Below, in pieces: positions 49,494-60,585 of a DNA stretch of 64,000 nt. Made by a program: the position numbers and the translations under genes. Within the stretch, counting starts at the first letter, position 1. Every line of letters begins with the position of its first letter. The DNA lies in the NCBI GenBank assembly GCA_963924565.1, contig OZ004607.1, positions 23,126,001 through 23,190,000 of the forward strand. Reading direction: 5' to 3'. The stretch is from Ascidiella aspersa. Its lineage: Eukaryota. Below the pieces are notes generated by a model. That model saw nothing but the letters and a program-made list of their open reading frames with translations, was not told the origin of the DNA and ran no database searches.

Positions 49494-52400
49494 ATGGTCA
49501 ATTCCTCTTCTACATCTGAAGTAACATACGCGGAAACAACATATACAGGTATTAGGCCTTTTCCTTTTTGGGAAATAGAAATGTTTATGCAGCGAAAAAT
49601 TGACTGTTGAACACAGTCAATATGATAATTAATTTATCTTATTTGCGAGTTCCATATCATTTTATTGTAACATTTTTTTATGGTAGCCAACTGTAAAACG
49701 AGATTGCATCACCTGTCCTAGTTTTTTTCAACATTCCATGGTGTTGCTAAAAAAGGGCAATGACAATTTTATAAAAAAATAATTTGATCTTATTGTTTGA
49801 CAAACAAAATTTTATTTTACAACTTGTACCTAAATTTACTTTTAAAATCAAACCATTTTTGACTCTGGTCATTGTATATGTATTCTTAAAATTGCAATTG
49901 ATGTTGTATTCTTTTGGTTTAAAACATCACTGGTACAACTAAGGATGAAGTATGCCATCAGTACTAAATGTTTAAAAAAATATATATATATATATACATA
50001 TTATTTTATATAGCTTTATATTTATATATAAATAAATTTATTAAAGCTGAACAAGTAATATCAAAAGATTGCATCTTATCCCTAACAGACATTGGTATGT
50101 TTTATTTCATTATAAATTTTACAATAATAGGAAAGAAATCATCTTATTTAAACTTGTACTATTTATACATATAGTAAGTTTTGTTTTTAAATTGTTTTTA
50201 TGTTCAGAAACATTTATTGAAGTTGGGCAGATACCAAGTGTATATAGTGGTACCAGATGGAAGCCTGGAAGAGAATGCAGATGTTGCGCATTTTCCAAGG
50301 ATGGTGTTAGGTTTGCTTGGTCTATTGGATATGGACAAATCAAAGTTGAAATATGCTACAACAATACAAACAGAGTCAAAGATATAATTGACTATGCCAG
50401 GTACATACATATTCAGTTTAGATTGTTATTAGTTTCCTTATTGGACAACGTGATTTTAGTTCCAGTGTAACTGATTGTTTTTGCTTAATTTATGTTTATA
50501 TTTTTAAGTATAGGCTATTTTGTTTCAACTGCAAGATTTATTAAGTGAGCGAAATCTCTTTTTAGGACTGGTCGCATAATTGATTGCAGCTCGAATGTTA
50601 TCTCAATGGAATTTGCTCCAAACATTTCTTCAATACAATCTAATGCTAAATCTTTTTGTTTGCTAGCAACAGGATTGGAAAGTGGTCAAATTAAAATTTG
50701 GAATTCTGACACTGGTTAGTGATTTGTGCATTGAAAGTTGATGTTTTAGTGTATTAAAATTGTAATTTTCCATAGACTAAACTTTATTATATAGCTGTAT
50801 ATCAATGTTATATATATAGTTATGCAAAATACCCTGTTACACATCAACCTGTTGTAAATATGAGTATTTTAATAAATATATGTGCAGAAATACAACCTGC
50901 ATCAATTGTTTACTTCTAATTTCTAATCCTTTTTTAACCGTGCACTGAACTATATTTGTCAAGCTGTATTAGCTAACTGTAAGAAATGTAACTAAGCAAC
51001 GACAGGCACATTGACCTTTACAGGGACCTGTTTTCTAAGAAGGCATTTTACTAGATAAAATTATGTGATTAATTTTAAATTAATCTGGGGTTGAAAATAA
51101 CGTATAAAACCATGTGAGAAGCCAGCTCATTTATACCACCTTGAAAAAAATTGGTACTTAAACTGATTTATACTAAATTTAGTGATTCCGGTGTACATAT
51201 AGTTGATTTGTAAGTCTCCTTGTTTGTTTCTGCTGTGTACAGTTGTAGGTTGGGTAAAGAGTTCCTCAATACAAAGTGTGTGCTAGAACTAATAATGCAT
51301 GCCCTAAAGCTAGCCTGTTTTGTTTTAGGTGAAATGGTTTACAACTTATCTGATCATCATGGAGGAGTAAATGGACTGACTTTTGCGCCTTGTAATACCC
51401 CTTTGTTGGTGTCATGTTCTTCAGACAAAACACTTAAGGTATATACATTAATTTTTATTTTTTTAAATCCCTAGTTATGTTGTAATGCATAGTTTAAAAA
51501 AAAGAGCATTGTTCATATATACATGGTAAAAGGCGCTTCCTATTTAAGGTTTGGGATTTAGAGGATGATGGAAATATGTCACTGACAATCAAAGGTCACA
51601 ACCTTCCCGCTAGTGATTGCGCTTTTTCACCAGTCAATCCACATATTATTGCTTCTGTAGGATTGGGAAAATCTGTAAGTACATACTATATCGGAACATT
51701 TTCACACTTCGAATTATTTTGTTTGTTAAATTGCCAATAAATAATAGGTTAAGAACCCAGCCAACCGATCTTAGAACCTAGGCAACTGATGTATTATTTA
51801 ACAAATTAGGCAATATTTATTTAGCTTTGGGCAAAACATATTATATATAAATTGCCAAAACTTACTATCAAATCTAATAAAATTCGCGCAAAACACAAAA
51901 AAATAGTGACTCTAGGTAGTTTAAATTATGGATGTAAAGGTAAAAAGAATATATTTACCACTTACCAGCCATAAGCACAGCACAGTGCAGTGCAGGTCAA
52001 ATGAGTGTGTGCTGTACAAACTAATAACAAGGCTCAAGGTTGAAAACCGAGGTAATGTCAAATTGGTTCACATGAATATAACAAAATGTTATGTTGTTGG
52101 ACTAGTAGACTATTTGCTGTGTTCAAACAACCTACTTGTTGTACACTTTTACATTTGTTTACATGTAGGAATACGATTAAACATTTCGGTTAATTTCTGT
52201 TTAGTTCCCCTGCCATGCTACGGGGTTATTCAGTTAACACCGCTGTAGATGGGATATCGGATTTTTTACACAAAAAATAGTCATATGACTAGATTTAGGC
52301 TTTTCTCATAAAGGGCCTACAAACGAGAAATGACGTTGACAGTTACGCATGTACAACTGTACGTAGTTTGTGCACGATCGTGAGCCATCTGTTGCGCGAG

Positions 52401-55400
52401 TCTTTCGTCATCAATACGCACACTCGCACAGTATCTGCTGCTTTTTAAGTGACTAACGTAGTGCGACACAATGTTTCGTTGTTTGTAGTAACAACGAATT
52501 TGAAAAAAGCATTTCTTTGGTATATATTTAAAACGTTGGTTTCGGGTAAAATTTGACCCGTGGAAAGACTAACTCCGAAGCAAAGACTTTTTTTAATTAT
52601 TCACTTATGGGTGCTCTTAATTAATGGTTCTTAACTTGTAGGCGGTGGTTCTCCAAGTAGGGCGGCGCCTAACCGCTGGGCCGTGGATGTATTTGTTAGA
52701 CAGGGAAAACAGCAGAAAGGCTCATTTTTCGTGCGAAAATCGCAGTTATGTTTCTGTATATTTTAAAGATATATTTTTACCCTAGGAGTGCACAACAGTT
52801 TAGCTATGGATGGCCGCAAGAACAGTTTTTAATATCACTCGGTCCAGTAGCATTTTTTGGGGGCTGACATCAGAAAGTTACGTTGCGTCAAATAACAGTT
52901 AAAAGCGATTAGTGTTCAATCTTACGACAGTAAAAAATAATTTTGACTAGATAAAATACCGAGCGTTGCAATAGTTAAAAAGAGTATTGACCAGTGTAAT
53001 TTTGATTGGTAAAGGACAAAAGTAGTTGTACCTGCGATATTTGTAAAATATTGATGTGGCAATTAACTTGTGACCAAAACCTAATGTTACGGATAGCGTC
53101 AGAGGGGTAAATAATGCCAAAACCTTTTTTAAAATGTAATAACGTTTTATAAATGTCAAACTTGATCTGTTTATTTGCATTTCGCGGTGATCGGAACTCG
53201 GATAGCCACATTGTAAAAAAGCAAAGGCGTCATTTACGGTCCCTATTGTGTTTGAAATCGGTAAACTAAATGCTTTGCCACAATTTTATAGACACCCTTA
53301 TAGCCTGAATGAAAGCGGCATTTAATCAAAGGCATGTTATAAATTATAACAAAAACGTGTAACTTTAAGTCGTAGCAGCAATTGGTCGAATTGCGTTAAA
53401 TTGAAGCAAATACGCATTCCTGGTACTTACTGCGTCAAACGTAAGAAAAAAATTTAAATAAAAATTCCTTATTGTTGACGCGACATTTTGCGTTCTCCGC
53501 CTACATTTTTCGTGCTGAAACATACTGCAAGAAGTTATAAAGCATTATTTTGATTTTCACGATCACGCAGTTGAATGTTTAAAAAACTTGTTTTACGCGG
53601 TCACGTCAAGAGGTTTTGCGAGCAATCCCGCACGCGCCGCCCCCTTGGAGATGCGAGCGCACAGTGCGACTTTTTCTACTGCGAAGTTAAAACTGGAAGA
53701 CAAAATATTTGCTAATTCGAATTAGATATTATCCCAAAGGTTTTAATGTTTGTTTATGTTGTGTTACTAAGAAACCATTAACAGCGTAATCTATTAACGA
53801 ACTCACGGTAAATCGCTAATGACAATAGGCCAAGCTGTTAAAAAGCCAAACTAAGTACAAGATTTTAACTGAGATTTAAAAAAATCCCGAGTTGTCAATT
53901 TGCAGGTAATTATATGGAGGTTGCACCACAAGCGATCCTATGAGCTTTTCATGCGGCTTCGTGGTCACAATAATGACGTCGTTGCTTGTGATTGGTCGCC
54001 AGACGGCGCCCTACTCGCTTCGGCCTCTCACGACTCAACCGCTATTGTGTGGGACGCCACTAGTGGAGAAACAATAGCCGTACTCGCGTAAGTTGCCTTA
54101 TTTATACTATAGGTAAAATCATATTTTGGCGACTCTTTTGATTGGAAAAACTACGTTCAGTTTTTTTTTTTATTTGTTTACGTCTGTTAGAGTATTAGGC
54201 TTGCTTTTATTCGGTTTTCCTCAGCGACGTTATAAATCGTCGAGAAAAAACTTGGAATGATAAGAATTTAAAATATGAATTTTTTTTTAAGTTAAATCTG
54301 GAGAATGATGTAAAAATCATCGAAATAATCTGTCTTAGTTTGTATTGTGGTCGCTGCTTTCTACAGTTTTGGTTCTAAACGTTCTTTAATGTTCACAGGC
54401 ACCAATATCCTTTACCATGCCCTATATACGCGGGCGGAGCCAACGGTTCGTGGGTCAGCTCTCTTTGTTTCTCCCGCGACGGATCCAAGTTGGCCACCGT
54501 TTGCGAGGACGACTAGTGAGTTTACGTTTATTCTTATGTTGTACTTTTAAGAACCTGACATAAACTTGTTTACAAAAGGTAACACCAATTTTATTGGGGA
54601 AGCAGTGCAATAAATAATGTCGGCTACTCAATCTTTATCTTTGCTTGGTGATTTTCACGACTTTTTTGTATAACTGCTCATATTGTGATCTTTTTCTGTG
54701 TATTGTGTGTGCCCAACGCCTAACCCATACTCCACACAGAACGAGCACTAGCATGTGAGGATTTCAGTTGAAATGCATGCGGGAATGAAGCAAACCTACC
54801 GAGTGTCGCAATGAAGAACAACACGTGATCCTTTCTATGTGTGTGCTTTCAGTGTCAGTTATTTTAAAAGTGCAGCTGGATTTTGTGCCTTTTGTGTAAT
54901 CGTGTCGGTTTTTATCGTTATTCATAAATATACTATTTTATGCTATTTTTTCTTGTTTTATTCTTGGTTTTAAAGGCTAGACGTCGTCTACGTTAAAATT
55001 TCAAATTTAACATTAACATTACTTTTTAGAAGATTGTGCCATAACGTGTGTTGCCTTTATTTGTTTTATACAGTTTGCGTGTTTGGAAGTTATGGGGAGA
55101 TGAAAGGAACATCGTGCAAACCAAACTATCCAAGAGCGGCTGCAAATGTACACTTTCATTGGACGGAAAAACTATTGCTGTGGGGTAATAATTTAAAATA
55201 TTTTATTACAGAGTTTACATGAACAGTGTATAACGCAGGGAGTGTTTTTGGGTTACAATTTGCAAACCAATGGGATGATCCTGGATTTCTGCTTTAACGG
55301 GTTATGAAAAAATGTAAAAACGTGACGTCATAACATGGCGTCATTAAAAGAGCAACCTTACAAAACCTCTGTCTTGTAAAAGTCTTGTACAACCCCCTTT

Positions 55401-57193
55401 TATCAAGATTCAAGCAAAACCACAAAGGTTGTAAAAGAGATCCAAAAACAACTTTGTTCAACAAAAGCAGAATACTATAGTTACGCAAAAAGCATCGTCA
55501 GTTCTGCTAATATACTACAAACACAACGAAACACCAAAATTATATATAAATAAAATAAAATAAAAATATTCAAAAGTTTAAAAAGCCAATAACAGAATTA
55601 CAATACAGTTCAGTAGAGCTGTTAACCAATACTGACGTTAAAATGGCAAAATAAAGAGCTACTATAATAAACGGAATCACAATGCCTGAAGCAAAACAAC
55701 GCCAAGAAAACGCAAAGAAATTCTGAGGTCGCGCAAAAGTAGGTCAAGAAAAGAGAAAAAAACGTAAGGTGCAAGGATTATTTAATAGTGGGTGTTATAA
55801 TATTCTGAATATTGATGGTAGCTCCTATTTTATTTAACCAAATGTCCTCATGAAAGTCCAGCTGGACCATTTCGGGTTGTGCAACAAATGTTACATTGTA
55901 ACACTCGTGTATTGGGGGTTTTCTTTCTAGTTCATTAATGTGATGTGTGGCGTAGTGTCGTAAGAGGGCAGATTGGTCATTATTGCCTGAAATGTCAAAC
56001 TTTTTCCAATGGTTTCTATGTGCGGTCCATCTTGTAGAGAATTTATTTTTTGTTTGGCCGACATACTGATTTTTACATAATTTACATGTCGCGACATAAA
56101 TCCCGTAGTTAGAACACGTTAGATTGCGTTTGAGTTTGATATAACCTTGTGGAGTGTAGAGCTGTTTAGAACAGTTAACCATAGAAGTTTTATATTTTCC
56201 ATAATTGCCACACAAAGCACACTTTCCACATGGGCCCGACTTGCCTTCATCAATATTTTGACTGTTGAAAGCTAAACGGCGAAATCAAGGTTTATTTGAG
56301 AGGTTGAAAATTAGCACAAAAAATGATAAAAAACAACTAACTGTAATACTGGTCAAAGAGTTGTATGACTACAGTTGCGTCATGAACATTTGTGCAAAAC
56401 GCAATTAAGCATTGGATTTGTCTTGTTGCATTAACAACGGGGTGTTATTACCACCATAAATTGAACATATTTCAAAGACGCTATAGATTCGCGTGTGCTT
56501 TTCACTAGATCAAGTTTCAGCAGCTGCGGTCGTAATAGTATTTTGATATTTCAAATACATAAGAAAACATTTCCACAATAAATTTATATAGATTAAGTTA
56601 TGGCATAACTAAAAACTATGTCATAAAAGCCGCAGCGCTTTTTGACTGAGTGTCACATCAATGTGGCTAACATTGGACAGTCATTAAATTCGCGCAAATC
56701 ACAAATTTTTTCGCCTATACGTACACAAAGTCTGTCGAATTCCTTACCAAAATACTGTGGCGATTCAACGCTTTTAATTTAAACGAACTCATATACCTAA
56801 AAGACAAAGATAGGTTGTCATTGGCAAACATAGATTAAAGTTTGACCGATCAATTTATCGGTCAATCGATCGGTCAATCACCAGCGCATAAACCTCACTC
56901 GTAAAAATATCGCGTTGTACGGTCCAGTGTTCCCTGAATTGTGCGTCAGTGTTATCTGTCTATATTGGATAAGCATATTCGCAACCATAAAATTCAAGTA
57001 AAACAACTTTTTTGCTTACAGTAAACACGATGGTTCTGTCACAGTGGCTTATGACAAAGGCCCTGACATTCTATCGCTTCGCCATCTTAGTCGCCTTGCT
57101 GCAAGACAACAATACTCGACTCAACAAATCAGAGAATTGCCTCTGCCAAAAGCTATTAAGGACTACCTTACATACAGAACCACTGTTTTGTGA
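49494..57193 (+). CDS. wsb: WD repeat and SOCS box-containing protein (WSB1/2 orthologue), 404 aa
   Basis: Nine phase-consistent exons: 49494-49548, 50208-50400, 50566-50714, 51329-51438, 51549-51674, 53906-54087, 54399-54515, 55074-55184, 57022-57193 (1215 nt). WSB hallmarks: [79 protein letters not shown]-terminal SOCS box [11 protein letters not shown]...[14 protein letters not shown]. Confidence 0.93.
55466..55508 (-). ncRNA. Minimal type I hammerhead ribozyme motif with a core variant (GAAA to GUAA)
   Basis: Minus strand reads AGCAGAA-CUGACGA-U-GC-UUUUU-GC-GUAA-C-UAUA-G-UA-UUCUGCU. It has a perfect 7-bp helix I, a palindromic CUAUAG helix III and a GUA cleavage triplet, about 270 nt after the GIY-YIG stop codon. 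Confidence 0.7.
55778..56284 (-). pseudogene. C-terminal Cys-linker plus GIY-YIG endonuclease of a Penelope-like ORF (no RT, no true start)
   Basis: Open frame FRRLAF...[12 protein letters not shown]...[36 protein letters not shown]...SALLRHY...[13 protein letters not shown]. It contains the GIY/YVG motifs, catalytic R/E/N positions and a Cys-rich linker as in PLEs. Confidence 0.85.
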
Positions 57194-57914
57194 TGCAAGA
57201 TAGAGTTTTGAAAATGTTGCATGTTGGCAACAAACGCCAAACAACCACTTGCAGCTTTTGCTGGCTCCCAAGGGTTCTCGCAAATTCGCAAGTTTTCTCA
57301 TCCAGTGTTCTTGTAAAGTTTCCTCGTTTTATCGCTTTTTACATAAAAAAATATGTCAAGCATCATTAATATGAAAAAAAGCTTGGTTTATAAATATTAA
57401 TTTGGAAAAACAATTGTCTTGTGAAAGTTAGCCTTAACACTTTTAGCGTACACAAGTCTGTCGAATTCCTTACGAGTTTTTTTACCACCTGCTGTATTTA
57501 CTTTGTTATGTTTTATTGAATGCTGTACTTTGTTTTAGCAGCAAATGAGAATCCGATAGTACCTCCTTGCGTTTTGATGTAAATTGAAGTGTTTTTGCAT
57601 ACTATCACAATCATTTAAACCCGTCGGCGCGTACTTACCTATGTCAATCAATGTTTTCCGGTTTAAAGGATTATCCTAATCTGATTTATTGTTTTGTCTT
57701 TTCCGGATAAGTAAATTTAGAAAAATGCTGTAAGTTACGTGCCAACCATGGTTAACCGTACGAATTTTCTACTTCTTGCAATGTCATATGTGTAATCATT
57801 GATGGTTTAATACACTGGTGGCTTCTAACACTTCACTAATGCACGTATTTCTTTGATGTTTTGTCACGCCTTAGAATAAATTAATTATTCCATTACCACT
57901 TGATTAGCCTAAAG

Positions 57915-57985
57915 CAGGGGTGGGCAATTATTTTTAGCCGCGGGCCGCATGACAAACTTAAAATGTTGTGGCGGGCCAGATCACA
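57915..57985 (+). mobile_element. Charlie-like hAT terminus fragment
   Basis: CAGGGGTGGGCAA...GCGGGCCGCA...GGCGGGCCAGAT; a related end in reverse orientation lies at ~46960-46992. Confidence 0.5.
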
Positions 57986-58333
57986 AATAGGATCTAAAAT
58001 ACACGCAAAATGATGTCAGAAACTCTGACGGAATAAAACGAATAAGCTAACGAGTTTATTATTACGTTTAGAGTTATGCGAATATGTGCAATTTAACTCG
58101 AATTTAAAGAAGGCCACAAGAATAAGATTGCTGCATAATGCAACCTACTGACGAAACTTTGTGACGTCAGCTCTGAAACAAATGTCATAACCCTTCCCAA
58201 AGAAAAACACTAGATCTGTGCTTAGACATGTTTTTTTTTTTCTCAGTAGGTTTTGTACACAATAAAGACGAAAACGATCTGTATGATGACTAAAATCAAC
58301 ACAAAATAACGGTTTATTACACAGTAAATAGTA

Positions 58334-58548
58334 ATACTAAGATGCAATAAAGGAATACTTTGGTTTTATAACTTACATAATGAATTTTGCATTACTAATG
58401 ACACATCATATAAATGATTTAGCCCGCATAAATAACACAGTGAATAGGTATACTAAGATGCAATAAAGGAATACTTTGGTTGTATAACTTACACAATAAA
58501 TTTTGCATTCCTAATGAAAAATCATATAAATAGCATAGCTCGCATAAA
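58334..58548. repeat. Diverged tandem duplication, period ~116 bp, between the convergent wsb and CDC50 3' ends
   Basis: atactaagatgcaataaa(a)ggaatactttggtt..ataacttaca...cgcataaa at 58334 and 58450. Confidence 0.9.
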
Positions 58549-58884
58549 AAAACATGTACATATATGAATAAGAAAATAGAAATGTAAGTGCATGTTGATA
58601 CCTTGAGTACAAACAGGTGACACTAATTTACTAAATTCTTCTTTTTCTATAAAGATTTTTTCTTGGCAACAGTTGACTAAAACTTAGCGTGTAAAGCAAT
58701 CTAGTGTGACGTAATAACATTACTGCCATTTTTAAACATGTATGGCAGGATTAACAGTACAAAAATAGTATGGAATACATTTAGGTCCCATAACAGTTTC
58801 ACAATTTAGAATTTTGTTGTAAAAATATTAAACTAAATTAATGCTATTTTTATATCCATCGGTTATATACATTCTTTGTTATTT

Positions 58885-59976
58885 TTAAGATATTGGTTGA
58901 ACATTAATAATATGTAATTTTTTACCGACAAAGTGCACACTCAACAACACTAATAAAAGTACAGCACACAATGCACCACAACAGATATATGCAATTCCCA
59001 AAAAATCATTTCTTCCTCCCATCCAAGAAGTATTTGAAACAATAAATCTTTTTTTCCCACCAAATAAGGCAACCGGGTAGTTATAATTAACTTGTACAGT
59101 ATAGTTACCAGCAGGAAGACCAGCTTCAAAGGTACTTTGTTGTCTGTCTAGCCGGCCAAACAGCTTACGGAACTTTGGGAAAGCAGCTGTTCGCATCCAA
59201 ACTATAAAAGCTTCATTCTCATAGCCATTGTTTGACATTGTATCATTGTCCAAGTAGTAAATTGGTATTTGCCAATAGAATGGTTTTTCAGAATTTTGAA
59301 ATGCTTCAATAAGATTATTAGTTGGGCTTGGGTTATTAAATTTAGCAGACTTGTCGCTGTGCCAGGCAATTCCTGTCCTTAATATCGGCACCTGCATTGT
59401 TTCGGCAGCAGAATAATAAACTGTAAATGTGTCATTAAACATGCTGTTGGCTATTGCACCACAAGGAGCGATACTGTAAGAGTTGCCATTGATTTTGTAC
59501 TCATTATAAGGTGCACAATCACTGTTGCCTGTAGTATCAACAGAATTGCCAACAAGTTGGTTGTCATCTCTTGATTTTAAATATCTGCGGTGATTTTGAA
59601 AAAAATTTTCAAGACCATAATAGAAGTAAACATTTCCACCAAGTAATTCATCAACAGATATTGTTAAAGAACAAATGCACTGCTGTTGAGAAAGTGATGT
59701 ATTTTCACGGAAAGTACTGCACAGCTGAGAAGCATTATCCACCATGTGGCATTCAGTGTAGTCATATGAATGCTCGGTCACTTGGCGAGATGTCATTAAT
59801 AATACAACACCAATAGAAGTAAATAATATTGATATTACCAAAAATACAGGCAGTATAGATTTTGCAGTATAAACTGGTTGCCATGCTGGTAAACTTTGTT
59901 GCTTAAATGCAGTGTTGTCGGGTCTATTTTTCACTTGCTTATCGCAGTTTTGGGGTACCGTAGAATCTTGTATCAT
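58885..59976 (-). CDS. tmem30a: CDC50/TMEM30 family P4-ATPase flippase beta-subunit, intronless, 363 aa
   Basis: Motifs KNRPDNTAFKQQSLPAWQP, TM1, YFYYGLENFFQNHRRYLKSRDDNQL, APCGAIANSMFNDTF, NEAFIVWMRTAAFPKFRKL, SWMGGRNDFLGIAY, TM2. The first in-frame ATG is at 59976; the track start at 59994 is TTG. Confidence 0.95.
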   Translation of the reverse strand: MIQDSTVPQNCDKQVKNRPDNTAFKQQSLPAWQPVYTAKSILPVFLVISILFTSIGVVLLMTSRQVTEHSYDYTECHMVDNASQLCSTFRENTSLSQQQCICSLTISVDELLGGNVYFYYGLENFFQNHRRYLKSRDDNQLVGNSVDTTGNSDCAPYNEYKINGNSYSIAPCGAIANSMFNDTFTVYYSAAETMQVPILRTGIAWHSDKSAKFNNPSPTNNLIEAFQNSEKPFYWQIPIYYLDNDTMSNNGYENEAFIVWMRTAAFPKFRKLFGRLDRQQSTFEAGLPAGNYTVQVNYNYPVALFGGKKRFIVSNTSWMGGRNDFLGIAYICCGALCAVLLLVLLSVHFVGKKLHIINVQPIS

Positions 59977-60093
59977 TTCACAAATATATACCAATCATCT
60001 GTAAGATTAAAATGTTGTAACTGGTTCACATCAAATAATTAACCTTTATTAAGGTTGGTAGATTATACAATAAGACTTAGTTTGGAAAAATAT

Positions 60094-60230
60094 GGGCACT
60101 TTACTAGAATCCTACCACAGCGTTAAAACATCAAAGATAATTTGGGTTTGGATAATACAAGCAATACTATTAAATAATGATACTTTACCCACACAAACCC
60201 TCATTCGCACTCCTAACCCAAATAATGCTA
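60094..60230. mobile_element. Degenerate, partial GGCGCT-family MITE
   Basis: CTAGAATCCTACCACAGCG left end plus decayed internal arms (tttacccacacaaaccc...cctaacccaaa). Confidence 0.7.
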
Positions 60231-60319
60231 TCTATATAACCCCCTGACGAAAATGTAGTGGGATTGATTTCCAATAAACCTGAATTCTTCACTTTATTAT
60301 GTTTGATGTTAAAAAAATG

Positions 60320-60585
60320 GGCGCTCTTTCACTATTGTACGTGAAAAGTTATGCAAAAAAAAAAAATAATAACACCGCATACCACAACTCATGTTGTTTG
60401 GGTTAGGGTTAGCGTTTGGGTGAGGGTGGGTCAAGTAATATTATGTTTATTATTAATAATAACTTGACCCACCCTCAACCAAACGCTAACCCGCAACCTA
60501 ACCCAAACAATATGTGTTGTGGTATACGGCATTTGAAGAAAATTTTTTTTTTATCAATTTTTACGTACAATAGTGAAAGAGCGCC
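60320..60585. mobile_element. Palindromic MITE, GGCGCT family, second subfamily
   Basis: TIR GGCGCTCTTTCACTATTGTACGT...ACGTACAATAGTGAAAGAGCGCC; same internal arms as the 48.8/49.1 kb copies; perfect 8-bp TSD AAAAAATG. Confidence 0.92.

Larger units (their letters stand above)
55290..56284 (-). mobile_element. 5'-truncated Penelope-like retroelement in wsb intron 8
   Basis: GIY-YIG endonuclease ORF end, T-rich 3' region and hammerhead motif; no RT domain. The 3' boundary is approximate. Confidence 0.8.
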
